Source of the DNA: Microcoleus sp.
Lineage (GTDB): Bacteria; Cyanobacteriota; Cyanobacteriia; Cyanobacteriales; Microcoleaceae
NCBI GenBank assembly: GCA_052279835.1
Contig: CP181291.1
Span: forward strand, 3,424,001 to 3,488,000
Direction of reading: 5' to 3'
DNA: 64,000 bases
In this document: piece after piece, positions 1-10,738 of the stretch
How positions within the stretch are numbered: position 1 is the stretch's first letter
Layout of the letters: each line of letters starts with the position of its first letter
Notes under the pieces: generated by a model
Databases searched by the model: none
What the model saw: the letters and a program-made list of their open reading frames with translations, nothing else
What the model was told of the DNA's origin: nothing
Position numbers and translations under genes: made by a program

Positions 1-711
1 GAACATCCCGATTCCAGAGCACAAATAAGTGCGATCGAACAACAAATCAGTAGCCGTCGCCAGCAGCTAGACCAACATTTGGGAAGTCTGGGACGGCTTC
101 AGCAACAGCAGCAAAGTCTAGAAGCTTGGCAAGTTCAGCTAGTAGCTCAAAAGGAGCAAATGCAAGTTGCCAAACGCCAGCAGCGAGTTTATCAAGAGCT
201 TGGTCAAGCCTTTGGTAAAAATGGTATTCAAGCTTTGATGATTGAAAATGTGTTGCCTCAACTAGAAGCAGAAACTAATCAAATATTATCCAGGTTGAGC
301 GCCAATCAATTGCACGTTCAATTTATTACTCAGCGGGCTGCTGCTTCTAAAAAAGCCACTAAATTGATTGATACTTTAGATATTTTAATCGCCGATGCCC
401 GTGGCACTCGTCCCTACGAAACTTACTCTGGTGGTGAAGCTTTTCGGATTAATTTTGCGATTCGGTTAGCCCTGGCGAGGTTGTTATCTCAGCGGGCAGG
501 GACGGCTTTGCAAATGTTGATTATTGACGAGGGATTCGGGACTCAGGATGCCGAAGGATGCGATCGACTGATTGCAGCTATAAACGCGATCGCGTCGGAT
601 TTCGCCTGCATTCTAACCGTTACCCATATGCCACACTTAAAAGAAGCTTTTCAAGCCAGAATAGAAGTTAACAAAACTGCTCGCGGTTCTTGTATCAGCT
701 TGTCGGTGTAG
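1..711 (+). CDS. sbcC: SbcC/Rad50 exonuclease ATPase subunit, C-terminal part (5' end lies outside the window)
   Basis: Coiled coil followed by the ABC signature YSGGE, Walker B/D-loop LIIDEGFGTQD and H-loop VTH. Frame 1 is open from base 1. Confidence 0.92.
   Translation, partial: EHPDSRAQISAIEQQISSRRQQLDQHLGSLGRLQQQQQSLEAWQVQLVAQKEQMQVAKRQQRVYQELGQAFGKNGIQALMIENVLPQLEAETNQILSRLSANQLHVQFITQRAAASKKATKLIDTLDILIADARGTRPYETYSGGEAFRINFAIRLALARLLSQRAGTALQMLIIDEGFGTQDAEGCDRLIAAINAIASDFACILTVTHMPHLKEAFQARIEVNKTARGSCISLSV
586..593. repeat. HIP1 octamer GCGATCGC (example site; abundant across the window)
   Basis: Numerous GCGATCGC/CGATCG sites in coding and noncoding DNA, typical of cyanobacteria. 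Confidence 0.9.
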
Positions 712-1039
712 AGTGATGGGCGAAGCGCACAGGATATGACAGGTTTGGAACTGCCGATCGGCTATCAAATTATGGTAAAAAAATATAAGGGAAGCCTGCG
801 GTGCATCTGGGCATTCTTGCCAGGGAAGAGAACTGTGGATTTAAATTCCAGTGTGGGAGTAGGTTCTTAAGTTGTTGACAAAGGTGCAAAATGTCAGAAA
901 CCTCTAAATTTTAATTCCCAATTGCCCTCCGTTTTTGAGCGATCGGGGCTTTAAATTCGCAGCATAAAACGCTGAAATTAGCTGAAATTAATCGAAATCA
1001 GTGCTGCGCTATCCTAAATCCCCTATTGGCGACTCGATT

Positions 1040-2911
1040 ATGTTGAAAAAATTACCTTTGCCCTGGTTTCGCTACATTCCAGCAGGTTTGACGCTGAGTT
1101 TGGGTATAGGGTTGTCTGTGTTTACATTTGCCATTGTGTGGAACTGGGAAAACGGGCGCTGGGACTACGAAACCCACCGTCGCATGGATGATATCTCGAT
1201 CGCCCTCGAAAGGCAGCTAAACTCAGATTTAGACACTGTTCTCGCCCTCAGCGACTACATGAAAGCTTTCCGCACAGTCGATAAGTCCTCCTTTGCCCGA
1301 TTTGTGGGTCGTCCCCTATCAGTCCACCCCAGTCTGCAAATCCTCGCTTGGCTACCCCGCGTCCCCGATCGCGATCGCGCCGACTACGAAGCCCAAAACA
1401 AAACCCAAAACCAGCCCAACTTCCAGATTACAGAATCAGGTCTCCAAGGACAACCAATCCCAGCCCGTCAACGTTCCGAATACTTCCCTGCTTTATACCT
1501 AGAACCCGCAGCAACCAACAAAACAGTTTTGGGCTTTGACTTCGCCTCCCAACCACAAATCCGGGCCGCACTCTCTCGCGGGCGAGATACCGGAGAAATG
1601 GTTGTCACCAGTTACATCGGTTTAATTCAAAATAATTCCTCGGAATTAAATCTATTAGCCATAGTCCCGATATACGAAACCAGCACCAAACCAACTACCG
1701 TCGCCTCCCGTCGCCAACTGCTGCAAGGATTTGTCATGGGAGTATTTCGAGGCAAAGATGTGTTGCAAACTTCTTTAAAAGGACGCAATACCGACTATCT
1801 GAATATTTATATCTCTAGCGAGGCTCCAGACAAGCCAGAAGCATCCTCAATTTCACGGGATAGCCGCTCCCCCGTTCGGCAAGATACACCAGCCACCAGC
1901 CAAATTAACGAATTTTCAGTGCTGTTTCAGTCCGACAGCCAACAAGTCTTGCCGGGGTCCGCCGATTTGCAACAGCAAGTCAAGTCAAACTGTCCCATTC
2001 TCAACAATCCGGGTCCAGATTATACCGCTTGCAGGAGACGCCTCAAAATTAGCGATCGCGATTGGTATGTCTACGTCTCAGCCAGTCGGGAAATTCGTAA
2101 AAGTCGAAAACACTGGCGTTCTTGGGGAACTCTCACCATGGGGATGTTATGGACTTTCATTCCCGTCACTTATATGCTGACAGCTTTGAGCCGCACTGCC
2201 CAAATCGAAAAACTAGCCCAAGAAAGAGCCCGCCAAGCTTCCCAGTTGCAGAATGCTTACAAACAGTTGGAAGCCGAACAAACAAAGTCCGATCGACTCT
2301 TGCTAAATGTGTTACCCGCAGCGATTGTCCAGCGTTTGAAGCACAACGAACATAATATTGCCGAAAGTTTTGGCGAAGTAACTGTCATGTTTGCTGATAT
2401 TGTCGGGTTTACAGAGCTTTCTTCGAGAATTTCAGCCACGGCGGTGGTGGAAGTGCTCAACGATATTTTTTCTGCTTTTGACCACTTGGCCGATCGCCAC
2501 GGTTTAGAGAAAATTAAAACTATCGGTGATGCTTACATGGTAGTCGGTGGTTTGCCTACCCCCCGAAAGGATCACGCCGAGGCGATCGCAGCAATGGCGA
2601 TCGATATGCTACAAGAAATTCGCCGCCTCAGTTTACAACATTCGGAACCTTTCAGCATTCGGATCGGCATTCACACCGGGCCAGTAGTAGCCGGAGTTAT
2701 CGGGCTCAAAAAGTTTATTTACGATTTGTGGGGCGACACAGTAAATATTGCTTCGCGCATGGAATCCCATGGGATTACCGGCTGCATTCAAGTCACCGTA
2801 GAAACCCAAGAACTCTTAAAAGATAAGTATACTTTTCAGAAGCGTGGCGCTATTCAAATTAAAGGCAAAGGCTACATGATTACTTATTTGCTAACTGGTC
2901 CGAAAGAATAG
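1040..2911 (+). CDS. CHASE-domain membrane adenylate/guanylate cyclase (class III)
   Basis: N-terminal TM helix, CHASE-like region (YFPALYLEP..N..VLGFD), second TM, then cyclase motifs FADIVGFT, KIKTIGDAYM and DLWGDTVNIASRMES. ATG 1040 chosen; GTG 1001 is also possible. Confidence 0.9.
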   Translation: MLKKLPLPWFRYIPAGLTLSLGIGLSVFTFAIVWNWENGRWDYETHRRMDDISIALERQLNSDLDTVLALSDYMKAFRTVDKSSFARFVGRPLSVHPSLQILAWLPRVPDRDRADYEAQNKTQNQPNFQITESGLQGQPIPARQRSEYFPALYLEPAATNKTVLGFDFASQPQIRAALSRGRDTGEMVVTSYIGLIQNNSSELNLLAIVPIYETSTKPTTVASRRQLLQGFVMGVFRGKDVLQTSLKGRNTDYLNIYISSEAPDKPEASSISRDSRSPVRQDTPATSQINEFSVLFQSDSQQVLPGSADLQQQVKSNCPILNNPGPDYTACRRRLKISDRDWYVYVSASREIRKSRKHWRSWGTLTMGMLWTFIPVTYMLTALSRTAQIEKLAQERARQASQLQNAYKQLEAEQTKSDRLLLNVLPAAIVQRLKHNEHNIAESFGEVTVMFADIVGFTELSSRISATAVVEVLNDIFSAFDHLADRHGLEKIKTIGDAYMVVGGLPTPRKDHAEAIAAMAIDMLQEIRRLSLQHSEPFSIRIGIHTGPVVAGVIGLKKFIYDLWGDTVNIASRMESHGITGCIQVTVETQELLKDKYTFQKRGAIQIKGKGYMITYLLTGPKE

Positions 2912-2920
2912 TCATTGGTT

Positions 2921-3112
2921 ATTAAGTAGAAGGAAGAAGGAAGAAGTCACCCCCCCCTGCCCCCCCCAAGGGGGGAAGATCGATGTGAAGAAGGCTCATA
3001 GAGCAAGCTTTTTAGCCACCTGTATCTTACGTTTAATTAAGTGGACTTACTTAGTTATTAGTTATTGGTTATTGGTTATTGGTTATTGGTTATTGGTTAT
3101 TGGTTATTGGTC
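2921..3112. repeat. Composite of small dispersed repeats, including a CCCCCC..AAGGGGGG hairpin, plus an STRR-type heptamer array (GTTATTG)n
   Basis: C/G-run hairpin at about 2950-2976 and tandem GGTTATT copies at about 3053-3110, between convergent genes. Confidence 0.7.
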
Positions 3113-3143
3113 ACTCACCATAACCACTAGCCAATTTCTACTC

Positions 3144-3914
3144 TCAACTATCAACTGTCAACAACATCAACTCTTCCGCCATTTCAAAATTAGCAGTCAC
3201 ACTTTGGACATCATCTAAATCTTCCAGTGCATCCATTAACTTCAAGAGCGATCGAGCTTTTTCAGCATTGTCGATTTCCACTGTAATACTGGGAATCCAA
3301 CGAATCTCTGACTGCAAAACTTGAAAACCTTTCTGTTTCAAAACCTCAGAAAGATTTTCCAAATTAGCCACAGTCGTAAACACCTCACCACCTTCCTCAT
3401 CTTCATCAATAGATATCAACTCATAGGATTGAGCCTCTGCTTCTAGGGACGCTTCAAACAATTTTTCCTCGTCCATAAAACCGCCTACCGTACAAACCCC
3501 TTTTTGGTCAAACATCCAGCCCACGCAGCCAGTTTCACCCAGATTCCCACCATTTTTCGTAAAAGCTTCCCGCAAGCCAGCCGCCGTGCGATTGCGATTG
3601 TCTGTCAGCGCTTCAATCAAAATAGCCACACCGCCAATACCGTAACCTTCGTAGCGGATAGCTTCTAATTCCGAACTCGCCCCAGACAAACCCGCACCTT
3701 TGGCGATCGCCCTTTCTATGTTTTCATTAGGAATACTCGCCGCCTTCGCTTTTTCAATAGCCGTTCGCAATTGAAAATTGCCCGCCGGATCTGACACACC
3801 GCTGCGGGCTGCGACAATAATTTCACGAGATATTCTAGCAAAAACCTTGCCTTTAACGGCATCAACTCTAGCTTTTTGGCGTTTAATATTCGCCCACTTA
3901 CTATGTCCAGCCAT
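3144..3914 (-). CDS. yebC: YebC/PmpR family protein
   Basis: MAGHSKWANIKRQK start, YEGYG, TDNRNRT and LEDLDDVQSV motifs. Confidence 0.95.
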   Translation of the reverse strand: MAGHSKWANIKRQKARVDAVKGKVFARISREIIVAARSGVSDPAGNFQLRTAIEKAKAASIPNENIERAIAKGAGLSGASSELEAIRYEGYGIGGVAILIEALTDNRNRTAAGLREAFTKNGGNLGETGCVGWMFDQKGVCTVGGFMDEEKLFEASLEAEAQSYELISIDEDEEGGEVFTTVANLENLSEVLKQKGFQVLQSEIRWIPSITVEIDNAEKARSLLKLMDALEDLDDVQSVTANFEMAEELMLLTVDS

Positions 3915-3949
3915 ACCGATTCGGGATTTTCGATTTGATATTTTTTAAG

Positions 3950-4019
3950 AGACCTCTCCATTAATTCTTGTAAGGTAGGCATCCAGCCAACCCTTAACAG
4001 GCTTTTGAGGAGACATCTG
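3950..4019. repeat. ~70-bp dispersed element with AGAC(A/C)TCTCC-type inverted ends; second copy at about 45790-45857
   Basis: Shared core ATTCTTG..GGTAGGCATCCAGC.A.CCCTT.ACAGGCT in both copies. Confidence 0.65.
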
Positions 4020-4076
4020 TTGAAATTGAACAATCTCAGCCTAATTTTAATACACAAGATGGCATAATCATAAATT

Positions 4077-4715
4077 TTAATTAAACCGAATCATCGCTTC
4101 CGTGTCGCTGAGATGAGAAGTATCACCATTAAGTTCGATCGACCATTCGCCCCCATCCCGTACCACTTTCACCAAACAACACAGAGAAGCATTAATTTCC
4201 GTCTCCAGACCCCCCGCCAGTCCGATCGCAGTCCCTAACACCGACGCACCGTGACCTACTAACAGTATATCTTCAGGAAACTCAGCCACAAGGCGTCTAG
4301 CAGTTTCCCCAGCCCTTTTGAGACAACCCTCCCCTGTTTCTGGATAATTTGCCATCCCGCCTTTATAGGAAGCATCAATCCGAGGGAAACGCTGACATAA
4401 AGCCTCCACAGAAAGAGTTTCCGGCATTTCCGTCATCCATTCAGGGTTCAGCCACTCGCACAATCCCCACTCTAATTTTAGCGACAAATCCAGGGCTTCC
4501 GCCGCGTAGTTTGCCGTTTGGACTGTTCGCAGAAAAGGAGAGGCAAAAATGTGAGAAATCCCTTCACCTTTGAGGCGGTTAGCCAATTGTTTGGCTTGAA
4601 TATGTCCATCTTCTGAAAGATAGGGATCGTAGCGGTGTTCTGCGGTGAGAAACCAGTCGGGGTTAACGAAGTCGATGCGGTTTCCGTGTCGTGCGATCCA
4701 GACTGTTTGTGGCAT
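4077..4715 (-). CDS. Histidine phosphatase (phosphoglycerate mutase) family protein
   Basis: RHG motif, SPFLRTVQT and LLVGHG. Confidence 0.9.
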   Translation of the reverse strand: MPQTVWIARHGNRIDFVNPDWFLTAEHRYDPYLSEDGHIQAKQLANRLKGEGISHIFASPFLRTVQTANYAAEALDLSLKLEWGLCEWLNPEWMTEMPETLSVEALCQRFPRIDASYKGGMANYPETGEGCLKRAGETARRLVAEFPEDILLVGHGASVLGTAIGLAGGLETEINASLCCLVKVVRDGGEWSIELNGDTSHLSDTEAMIRFN

Positions 4716-4775
4716 GAGTTGTTTTGAGTTTAGATTGTGGTGTAATATTATATCAAAGATGTAGATTTTGGAGCT

Positions 4776-5480
4776 TTAGGGAATTCGAGTGGAATCAAAA
4801 CCAGGCTGTATTCGCAACAATTGGTCGGCTCCCTTTTGAAACTCATAGGATACATCCTGAACTTCTACTTTATATCCTTGTCCTTTTAACTCTTGGATAA
4901 TTGGTGTTAGTAAAAGAGAAGGTTCACCAGAAATTTTTATAACAGGAAAAATACGCACTTCCCTCGCAGTACGACACATTTCTAGAATTGATTCCAGATG
5001 AAATAATTCGGTAAAATGGTCGGAATAAGTAAACAAAAAATGACTGCATAGTGCCAAATCAAACTGGCCATTCTCAAAAGGTAATATCGGCAACTCACCA
5101 GTTACATAGCGGCGTTCCTGAATCCCTTGTGGCAAATCTTCCAAGAATTGCTGCATCGCCGCCATTCTCACTTCGCCCAAGTGGGTTGGTGACTCGATAT
5201 TTGTCCACAGGTAGTCGTCTTGATTTGCCCTAACTCCATCAATCACCCTTTGATATGTTTCCTGGATGCGTTCGGCAATTTCCTCAGCCGAAAATTGATA
5301 AACAGGATCGCAAGAAGTTACTTGATTACCTTGGCGAGTCATTTCTGCATTGAAGCTAGCTGGACCTCCGGCACAGTCAAGTATCTTTAATTTTCGGTCT
5401 GCCGATGTCAGGTGGAACATTCCGATATATTCGTCCAAGCAGCGACCCCAAGGAATCACTTTATCAAGCTTAAGTCCCAC
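4776..5480 (-). CDS. SAM-dependent methyltransferase-like protein
   Basis: ILDCAGGPASF motif I and FDLALCSHFLF. Confidence 0.8.
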   Translation of the reverse strand: MGLKLDKVIPWGRCLDEYIGMFHLTSADRKLKILDCAGGPASFNAEMTRQGNQVTSCDPVYQFSAEEIAERIQETYQRVIDGVRANQDDYLWTNIESPTHLGEVRMAAMQQFLEDLPQGIQERRYVTGELPILPFENGQFDLALCSHFLFTYSDHFTELFHLESILEMCRTAREVRIFPVIKISGEPSLLLTPIIQELKGQGYKVEVQDVSYEFQKGADQLLRIQPGFDSTRIP

Positions 5481-5686
5481 GTATTTTTGACTCGCAAATA
5501 AGAGTAGACGATCTGGATTTTACAGCAAAGTGAGGCTACACTGGATATCAGTTGACTTGAGATTTTAAATTTTAGATTTTAGTGAGTTCTCCCCAGATGA
5601 ATGTGGAGCTTAAACTTTGGTCTAAAATTATAAACTAATTAACCGAATTGCGATCGCCCCGGAACAGACTGCAACCCGAAAAAAAT

Positions 5687-7522
5687 ATGAAACAAACCGT
5701 TAAAGGCGCTACCAGTCTTAGTTTATCGGCACTCGTGTTATTGAGCAGTTCACTACCCACTATGGCTCAGTTACCAGCCCTCAGACCCAGACCACCCCTT
5801 CCTAACCCAAATCCAGTGAGACTACCGCCACCTCCACCTCCACCTCTTCCTGGTGCTCGTGTCCCCCTCGGCAATTCCGGTTTACCCACCCAGGAATCAC
5901 CTTATGTTTTAGGTTCGGGCGATCGCATTGCTTTAGATATTTTTGGTGTCCCTGAATTTAGCAAAGAATACCAAGTATTAGTTGACGGTACTCTAAATTT
6001 ACCAATCATTCGTAGTGTATCAATTCAAGGGCTAACATTGCAACAAGCCGCCAGCGCCATTACCAAGCGATATGAACCCTTCATCAATGTGCCCGTTGTC
6101 ACCGTAACTTTGATGGTTGCTAGACCCCTAAACATCGGGATTGCTGGAGAAATTACTCGTCCCGGTTCCTACAAGATTAATCCCTCAAGAGAAGGGGGAG
6201 GAGTCAAATTTCCCACTTTGATGGAAATGCTGCAACTTGCAAAAGGAGTCACATCCGCAGGAGATATGCGGGCCGTCCAAATCCGCCGTCCCCGCAGAGG
6301 GGGACCAGAGCAAGTTATTACTGTTAATTTGCAGGAATTTTTAGATACCGGAAATCTGCGGCAAGATGTCACTATCCGAGATGGAGATACAATTTATATA
6401 CCCACAGCCAGTGCTCTGAATACTCAAGAAGTACGTCAAAGAGCCAGTGCCAATTTTTCCGCTGATATTACTAAACCAATTGGTGTGGTCATTGTCGGCG
6501 AGGTAAGTCGCCCTGGACCTTATACTATATCTGCTGCTGATTTGCGATCGACCAACCAACAAACGGAACTCGGTTTTGTTAGCATCGAGCAACAGCAAGG
6601 AGCCGTGGTGGGTCTACCAACTATCACTAGAGCACTCAAAATTGCTGGCGGTATCACCACAGAAGCAGACATTCGCCGCGTGCAAATCCGGCGCCAAATC
6701 AGAGGAGGCAACGAACAAACTATCATGGTAAATCTCTGGGATTTGCTGCAAAAAGGTGATGCTACCCAAGATGTTTTGTTGCAAGAAGGAGATAGCGTGA
6801 TTATCCCCACCGCAGCGAATGTAGACTTGACAGAAATCTCCCAAATTGGCAGTAGTAGTTTCTCTCCCAACGCCATTAGCATCAATATTGTAGGCGAAGT
6901 AGTCAGACCTGGAGCTTTGTTAGTTAAACCCAGTACATCTCTCCACCAAGCTTTGCTAACTGCTGGCAGTTTCAATCAATTGCGTGCCAAAAAAGACAAG
7001 GTGGAACTATTACGTTTGAACGCCAATGGCACTGTTTCTCGCCGTACCATAGATGTTGACTTTGCCCAAGGTTTGAATCCCAACAATAATCCCACTCTCC
7101 GCAACAATGATGTGATTCTTGTAGCGCGATCGGGCTATACTAGAGTAGCAGATAATGTCAACAGTTTCTTGCAGCCCTTCACCGGAGTTGCAGGTGTCAT
7201 CAACAGTGTTAGCGGAGTTTTGAGTGGTTTTCAAACAACTATCAACACTTTTCAGAACTTATTTTTGGGCGGAGATTTCGAGCGCCGCAATCAGCTTAGA
7301 CAGATTCGCGAACAACGTCAAGATAGAGAACAGCAACGTGAAGACAGACAACTAGAAAGAGAGATACAACGTGAAGATAGATTACAGCAAGCAGAAGACA
7401 GAAAACTGCAACTTGAAGACAGACAGCGGCAAATAGACTTGCAAAATCAACAACTTCAGATTCAGCAGCAGCAACTTCTCCTCCAAAACCAGCAGCCACA
7501 GCAAACTCAGTCTAATCCTTGA
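5687..7522 (+). CDS. Polysaccharide export (Wza/OPX-like) protein with SLBB repeats and a Q/R/E-rich C-terminal tail
   Basis: Signal peptide, Pro-rich linker, Poly_export motif YVLGSGDRI..DIFGVPEFS..VLVDGTLNLP, and three G.V.RPG SLBB repeats. Confidence 0.88.
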   Translation: MKQTVKGATSLSLSALVLLSSSLPTMAQLPALRPRPPLPNPNPVRLPPPPPPPLPGARVPLGNSGLPTQESPYVLGSGDRIALDIFGVPEFSKEYQVLVDGTLNLPIIRSVSIQGLTLQQAASAITKRYEPFINVPVVTVTLMVARPLNIGIAGEITRPGSYKINPSREGGGVKFPTLMEMLQLAKGVTSAGDMRAVQIRRPRRGGPEQVITVNLQEFLDTGNLRQDVTIRDGDTIYIPTASALNTQEVRQRASANFSADITKPIGVVIVGEVSRPGPYTISAADLRSTNQQTELGFVSIEQQQGAVVGLPTITRALKIAGGITTEADIRRVQIRRQIRGGNEQTIMVNLWDLLQKGDATQDVLLQEGDSVIIPTAANVDLTEISQIGSSSFSPNAISINIVGEVVRPGALLVKPSTSLHQALLTAGSFNQLRAKKDKVELLRLNANGTVSRRTIDVDFAQGLNPNNNPTLRNNDVILVARSGYTRVADNVNSFLQPFTGVAGVINSVSGVLSGFQTTINTFQNLFLGGDFERRNQLRQIREQRQDREQQREDRQLEREIQREDRLQQAEDRKLQLEDRQRQIDLQNQQLQIQQQQLLLQNQQPQQTQSNP

Positions 7523-7572
7523 TCTAGCGATCGCCTTGGCGCTGGCTATAATTGAAAAATCCCATAGCCACA

Positions 7573-7886
7573 ATATCAAATCCGGTAGCATGGGAATTAT
7601 TCATCTCTGTTATCTCCCTCTGTGTTCTCTGCGTTCTCTGTGGTTAAATCATTCCGATGCAACAGTCAACGATATAACCCAGAATTTTTCCCTAATTCTG
7701 GGTTTTTTGATCGTAAAATATGTGGGTTAAATAATCTTTTATGACTCTTCATATAAAATCCTGTCTTCATCGTCCTGTATTAAACTCTCTCTTCTCTTCC
7801 TCTTTCCCCCCTTGGGGGGGGCAGGGGGGGGTCGTCCTTAGCGCCTTCGCGGTTAAATCATTCCGATACAACCGGAATTGATATCA
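7573..7886. repeat. Two adjacent ~100-135 bp MITE-like dispersed elements (ATATCAAATCCG...ATTCCGAT..AAC..GATAT); the second has a nested C/G-run hairpin
   Basis: Related copy at about 57206-57310. The core AACCACAGAG..CACAGAG also occurs at about 22285, 24570 (inverted) and 25980. Confidence 0.65.
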
Positions 7887-7970
7887 CCCCCAGAATTAGC
7901 CAAGAGCCTATTTCCATCGCCTAATAATTTCAGATCATCTCCCGATTCATCAATCGGGAGAATCTCAAAA

Positions 7971-8420
7971 CTACTCCACAATCCAAGGAGTTAAACAAGG
8001 TTTCCAAGCACTCAATTCTTCATCCTTGAACCAGAGACTAATTTCCTGGTTGGCAGTTTCCACAGCATCCGAACCGTGAATAATATTGCGGCCGACATTC
8101 ACAGCCAAATCACCACGAATTGTCCCCGGTTCCGAATTCAGAGGATTGGTTGCGCCAATGATTTTTCTCGCCGAAGCCACAACACCGTCGCCTTCCCACA
8201 CCATCGCCACCATGGGGCCTGAAGTGATGAAGTTTACCAATCCTTCAAAAAACGGTCTTTCTTTGTGGACACCGTAATGCTGTTCGGCCAATTCGCGAGT
8301 CGCCACGATCAGCTTCATGCCAACTAGCGTAAAGCCTTTGGCCTCAAAACGACCGATAATTTCGCCAACGAGTCCGCGCTGTACGCCATCGGGCTTAATC
8401 GCTAAAAAAGTGCGTTCCAA
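7971..8420 (-). CDS. ndk: Nucleoside diphosphate kinase (TTG start)
   Basis: [23 protein letters not shown] and NIIHGSD (catalytic His). AGGAG RBS upstream. Confidence 0.97.
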   Translation of the reverse strand: MERTFLAIKPDGVQRGLVGEIIGRFEAKGFTLVGMKLIVATRELAEQHYGVHKERPFFEGLVNFITSGPMVAMVWEGDGVVASARKIIGATNPLNSEPGTIRGDLAVNVGRNIIHGSDAVETANQEISLWFKDEELSAWKPCLTPWIVE

Positions 8421-8720
8421 GCTGAGCTCCTAGAATTTTCTTAACTGATCCAAAAAATAGATTAACCCAGAACGTACCCAAAGGCAATTGAGGAAATGGC
8501 AAATTGTCCTTTGCTACCATGGCAACGCTACTAGGGGAGGGTTTCCTCAAAGACACCATCGATGGGTTCTGCACCCTATGATGCAAATCACAATTTTTCC
8601 TGATGTACAATACCAATATCTATGATGACCGGCACTGTTATCTATGCTTTTGACATAGATAATAGAACTAGGCATTAACCGTATATTGAAAACAGCGATC
8701 GCAAAGCAAAGGCTATAAAG

Positions 8721-9476
8721 ATGAAAGAGATTGTAGCATTCATTGAACACAAAAAGCAAGAATTTGTGAAATTGCCGTTGTTTGAATTTCTAACTAATAA
8801 AAGTATCCACCCTAATCAAAGGCTAATTTTTGCACCTGTACTCGATCCTTTGGCAGTGGGATTGAGCGATTTAAACAAGTACGTCCTCCGAGATTCTGCA
8901 AGTAATAACAAAGTTCAGGAACTGATCAATAAATATACTTACAAAGAAAATTACTACTGGCACGGCTATCTGGAATACCTGGAGGAACTGGGATTTAACC
9001 AATCCATGAGTTACGGCGACTTTAGACTGCTTTGGGGTGAAGAAACGAAAAAAACCCGATCGCTCTGTGCCACCTTGGAACGCTACGCTTTTGAAGCATC
9101 TCCTCTGCAAAAAATTGTGTTAGTGGAAGTTCTCGAAGCAACGGCGACAGTTTTTTTTGAGGCTGCCCTGGAAGTGGTAATGGAATTACAGAAAATTACA
9201 AAAAAAGAATATGTCTATTTTGGAGGCGCTTATGTGCGTTTGGAGAATCATCACATTTTAAATACACCAGAAATGTTGCAATTACTTCAAGAAATTAACA
9301 TGACTGAGTGGGAAAAACAACAAGCTTTAGAATTAGCTGACAAAGTATTTGAATTGTTTACAGACGCGATGAACGAATTATTTAGACACACGAAAACCAA
9401 TTCTTGCAATACGGTGCTGCAAGTGGCTTCCTTTGTGGGGTTAGATTCTTCGCTCGACTGTTTGGATTTTTTGTGA
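8721..9476 (+). CDS. Hypothetical all-helical protein, probably heme-oxygenase-like (TenA/HDO) fold
   Basis: Helical composition, EVLEATA and YFGGAYVRLENHH segments resemble cyanobacterial heme-oxygenase-like proteins (recognition only). Confidence 0.5.
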   Translation: MKEIVAFIEHKKQEFVKLPLFEFLTNKSIHPNQRLIFAPVLDPLAVGLSDLNKYVLRDSASNNKVQELINKYTYKENYYWHGYLEYLEELGFNQSMSYGDFRLLWGEETKKTRSLCATLERYAFEASPLQKIVLVEVLEATATVFFEAALEVVMELQKITKKEYVYFGGAYVRLENHHILNTPEMLQLLQEINMTEWEKQQALELADKVFELFTDAMNELFRHTKTNSCNTVLQVASFVGLDSSLDCLDFL

Positions 9477-9627
9477 TAACAGGAGATCCGGTTCCCCTCC
9501 AGGGAGGGGCTAGGGGTGGGTCTTATTTCCCATCATCCTTTTTGTGAGAATCAAACAGCCCCTCCCAAGTGGGGAAGGAAGAAGAGGATGCAGATTTTTT
9601 CCGTTAAGAGTATCTTCGTAAAAAGGT

Positions 9628-10738
9628 TTAAACAATGACTAGATTATCTCTGTGAACCACAGTTTCTACTCCTGGATAGCCTAAAATTTCGGCAATTTTC
9701 TCTGACTTGCATCCCTGAATTTGTCTCAATTCTAAACTGTGATAATTCACCAGTCCCCTGGCAATTTCTTTGCCTTCTGCGTCGCATAACCGCACTGCAT
9801 CTTCTGCTTGAAATTCTCCTTCTATTTGCGAAATTCCGGCGGCTAGCAGCGATTTTCCACCTTGAGTAATTGCATTGACAGCACCTGCATCTAAGTAGAG
9901 TTTCCCCACAGGAATTAGCACGTTGGCTATCCAATGTTTCCTAGCGTTTACAGGGCGCGGTTGAGGCTCGAATTGGGTACCGATGGACTCTCCGTTGATG
10001 ATTTTTTCAATGTTAGCGGGAAAGCGGCCGTTGGTGATGACGGTGCGGGACTCCTGATGCTGTGGCGATTCTGGCTGCTTCAATTTTTGTCACCATTCCG
10101 CCGGTGCCCCAACCGCTGCGGGAATCTCCGGTTTTTACCTGAAATTCTGTGAGCTGTGCCATACTTTGGACTAGGGCGATGGGTTGGGCGTCGGGATTGC
10201 TGCGGGGATCGGCGGAATAAAGTCGATCGACATCTGTGAGCACGAATAACCAATCTGCTTCGACTAAGCTGGCTACTAATGCTGAAAGCGTATCGTTATC
10301 GCCAAATTTTAGTTCATCTACAGCTACAGTATCGTTTTCGTTGACAATGGGAATCACCCCTAATCGCAACAGTTGCCCAAAGGTATTGGAAGCATTAACA
10401 TAACTACTACGCTGCACTAAATCGTGGCGTGTTAGTAAAACTTGGGCGATCGGCTGTTGTAGAGTAGTAAACAAGTCATCGTACACCCGCATCAGTCGCC
10501 CTTGTCCTACGGCGGCTACAGCTTGTTTGAGAGCGATATTTCGCGGGCGTTCTGTCAATCCCAAGCGCGCGCAGCCAACTCCAACTGCACCGGAAGAAAC
10601 CAAAACTACTTGATGACCTTGGTGTCGCAAATTTGTCAAAACTTCGACTAATGTAGCAATGGTGGAAAGGGCTAAGTTTCCTGTAGTCGATCGAGTGAGT
10701 GTCGAAGTTCCTATTTTAACAACTATAGTTTGAGTCAT
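9628..10738 (-). CDS. proB: Glutamate 5-kinase, split by a +1 frameshift at about 10047-10049
   Basis: VVKIGTS, NENDTV, FGDND and GTGGMVTK in the 5' ORF; PUA domain ending VVHRDNLV in the 3' ORF. Removing one base of GGG restores SGVRTVITNG. Confidence 0.92.

Noticed and set aside
785..905. Cobalamin-riboswitch-like words (AAGGGAAGCC..GGTGCA, AACTGT, GTCAGAAACCT) upstream of the adenylate cyclase
   Set aside because: I could not build the conserved paired core, and the downstream gene is not B12-related. An Infernal/Rfam scan would settle it.
2985..3218. Short ORFs over heptamer arrays (also 11574-11813) and the many antisense ORFs in the track
   Set aside because: They are translations of STRR repeats or shadows of well-supported genes on the opposite strand or frame.
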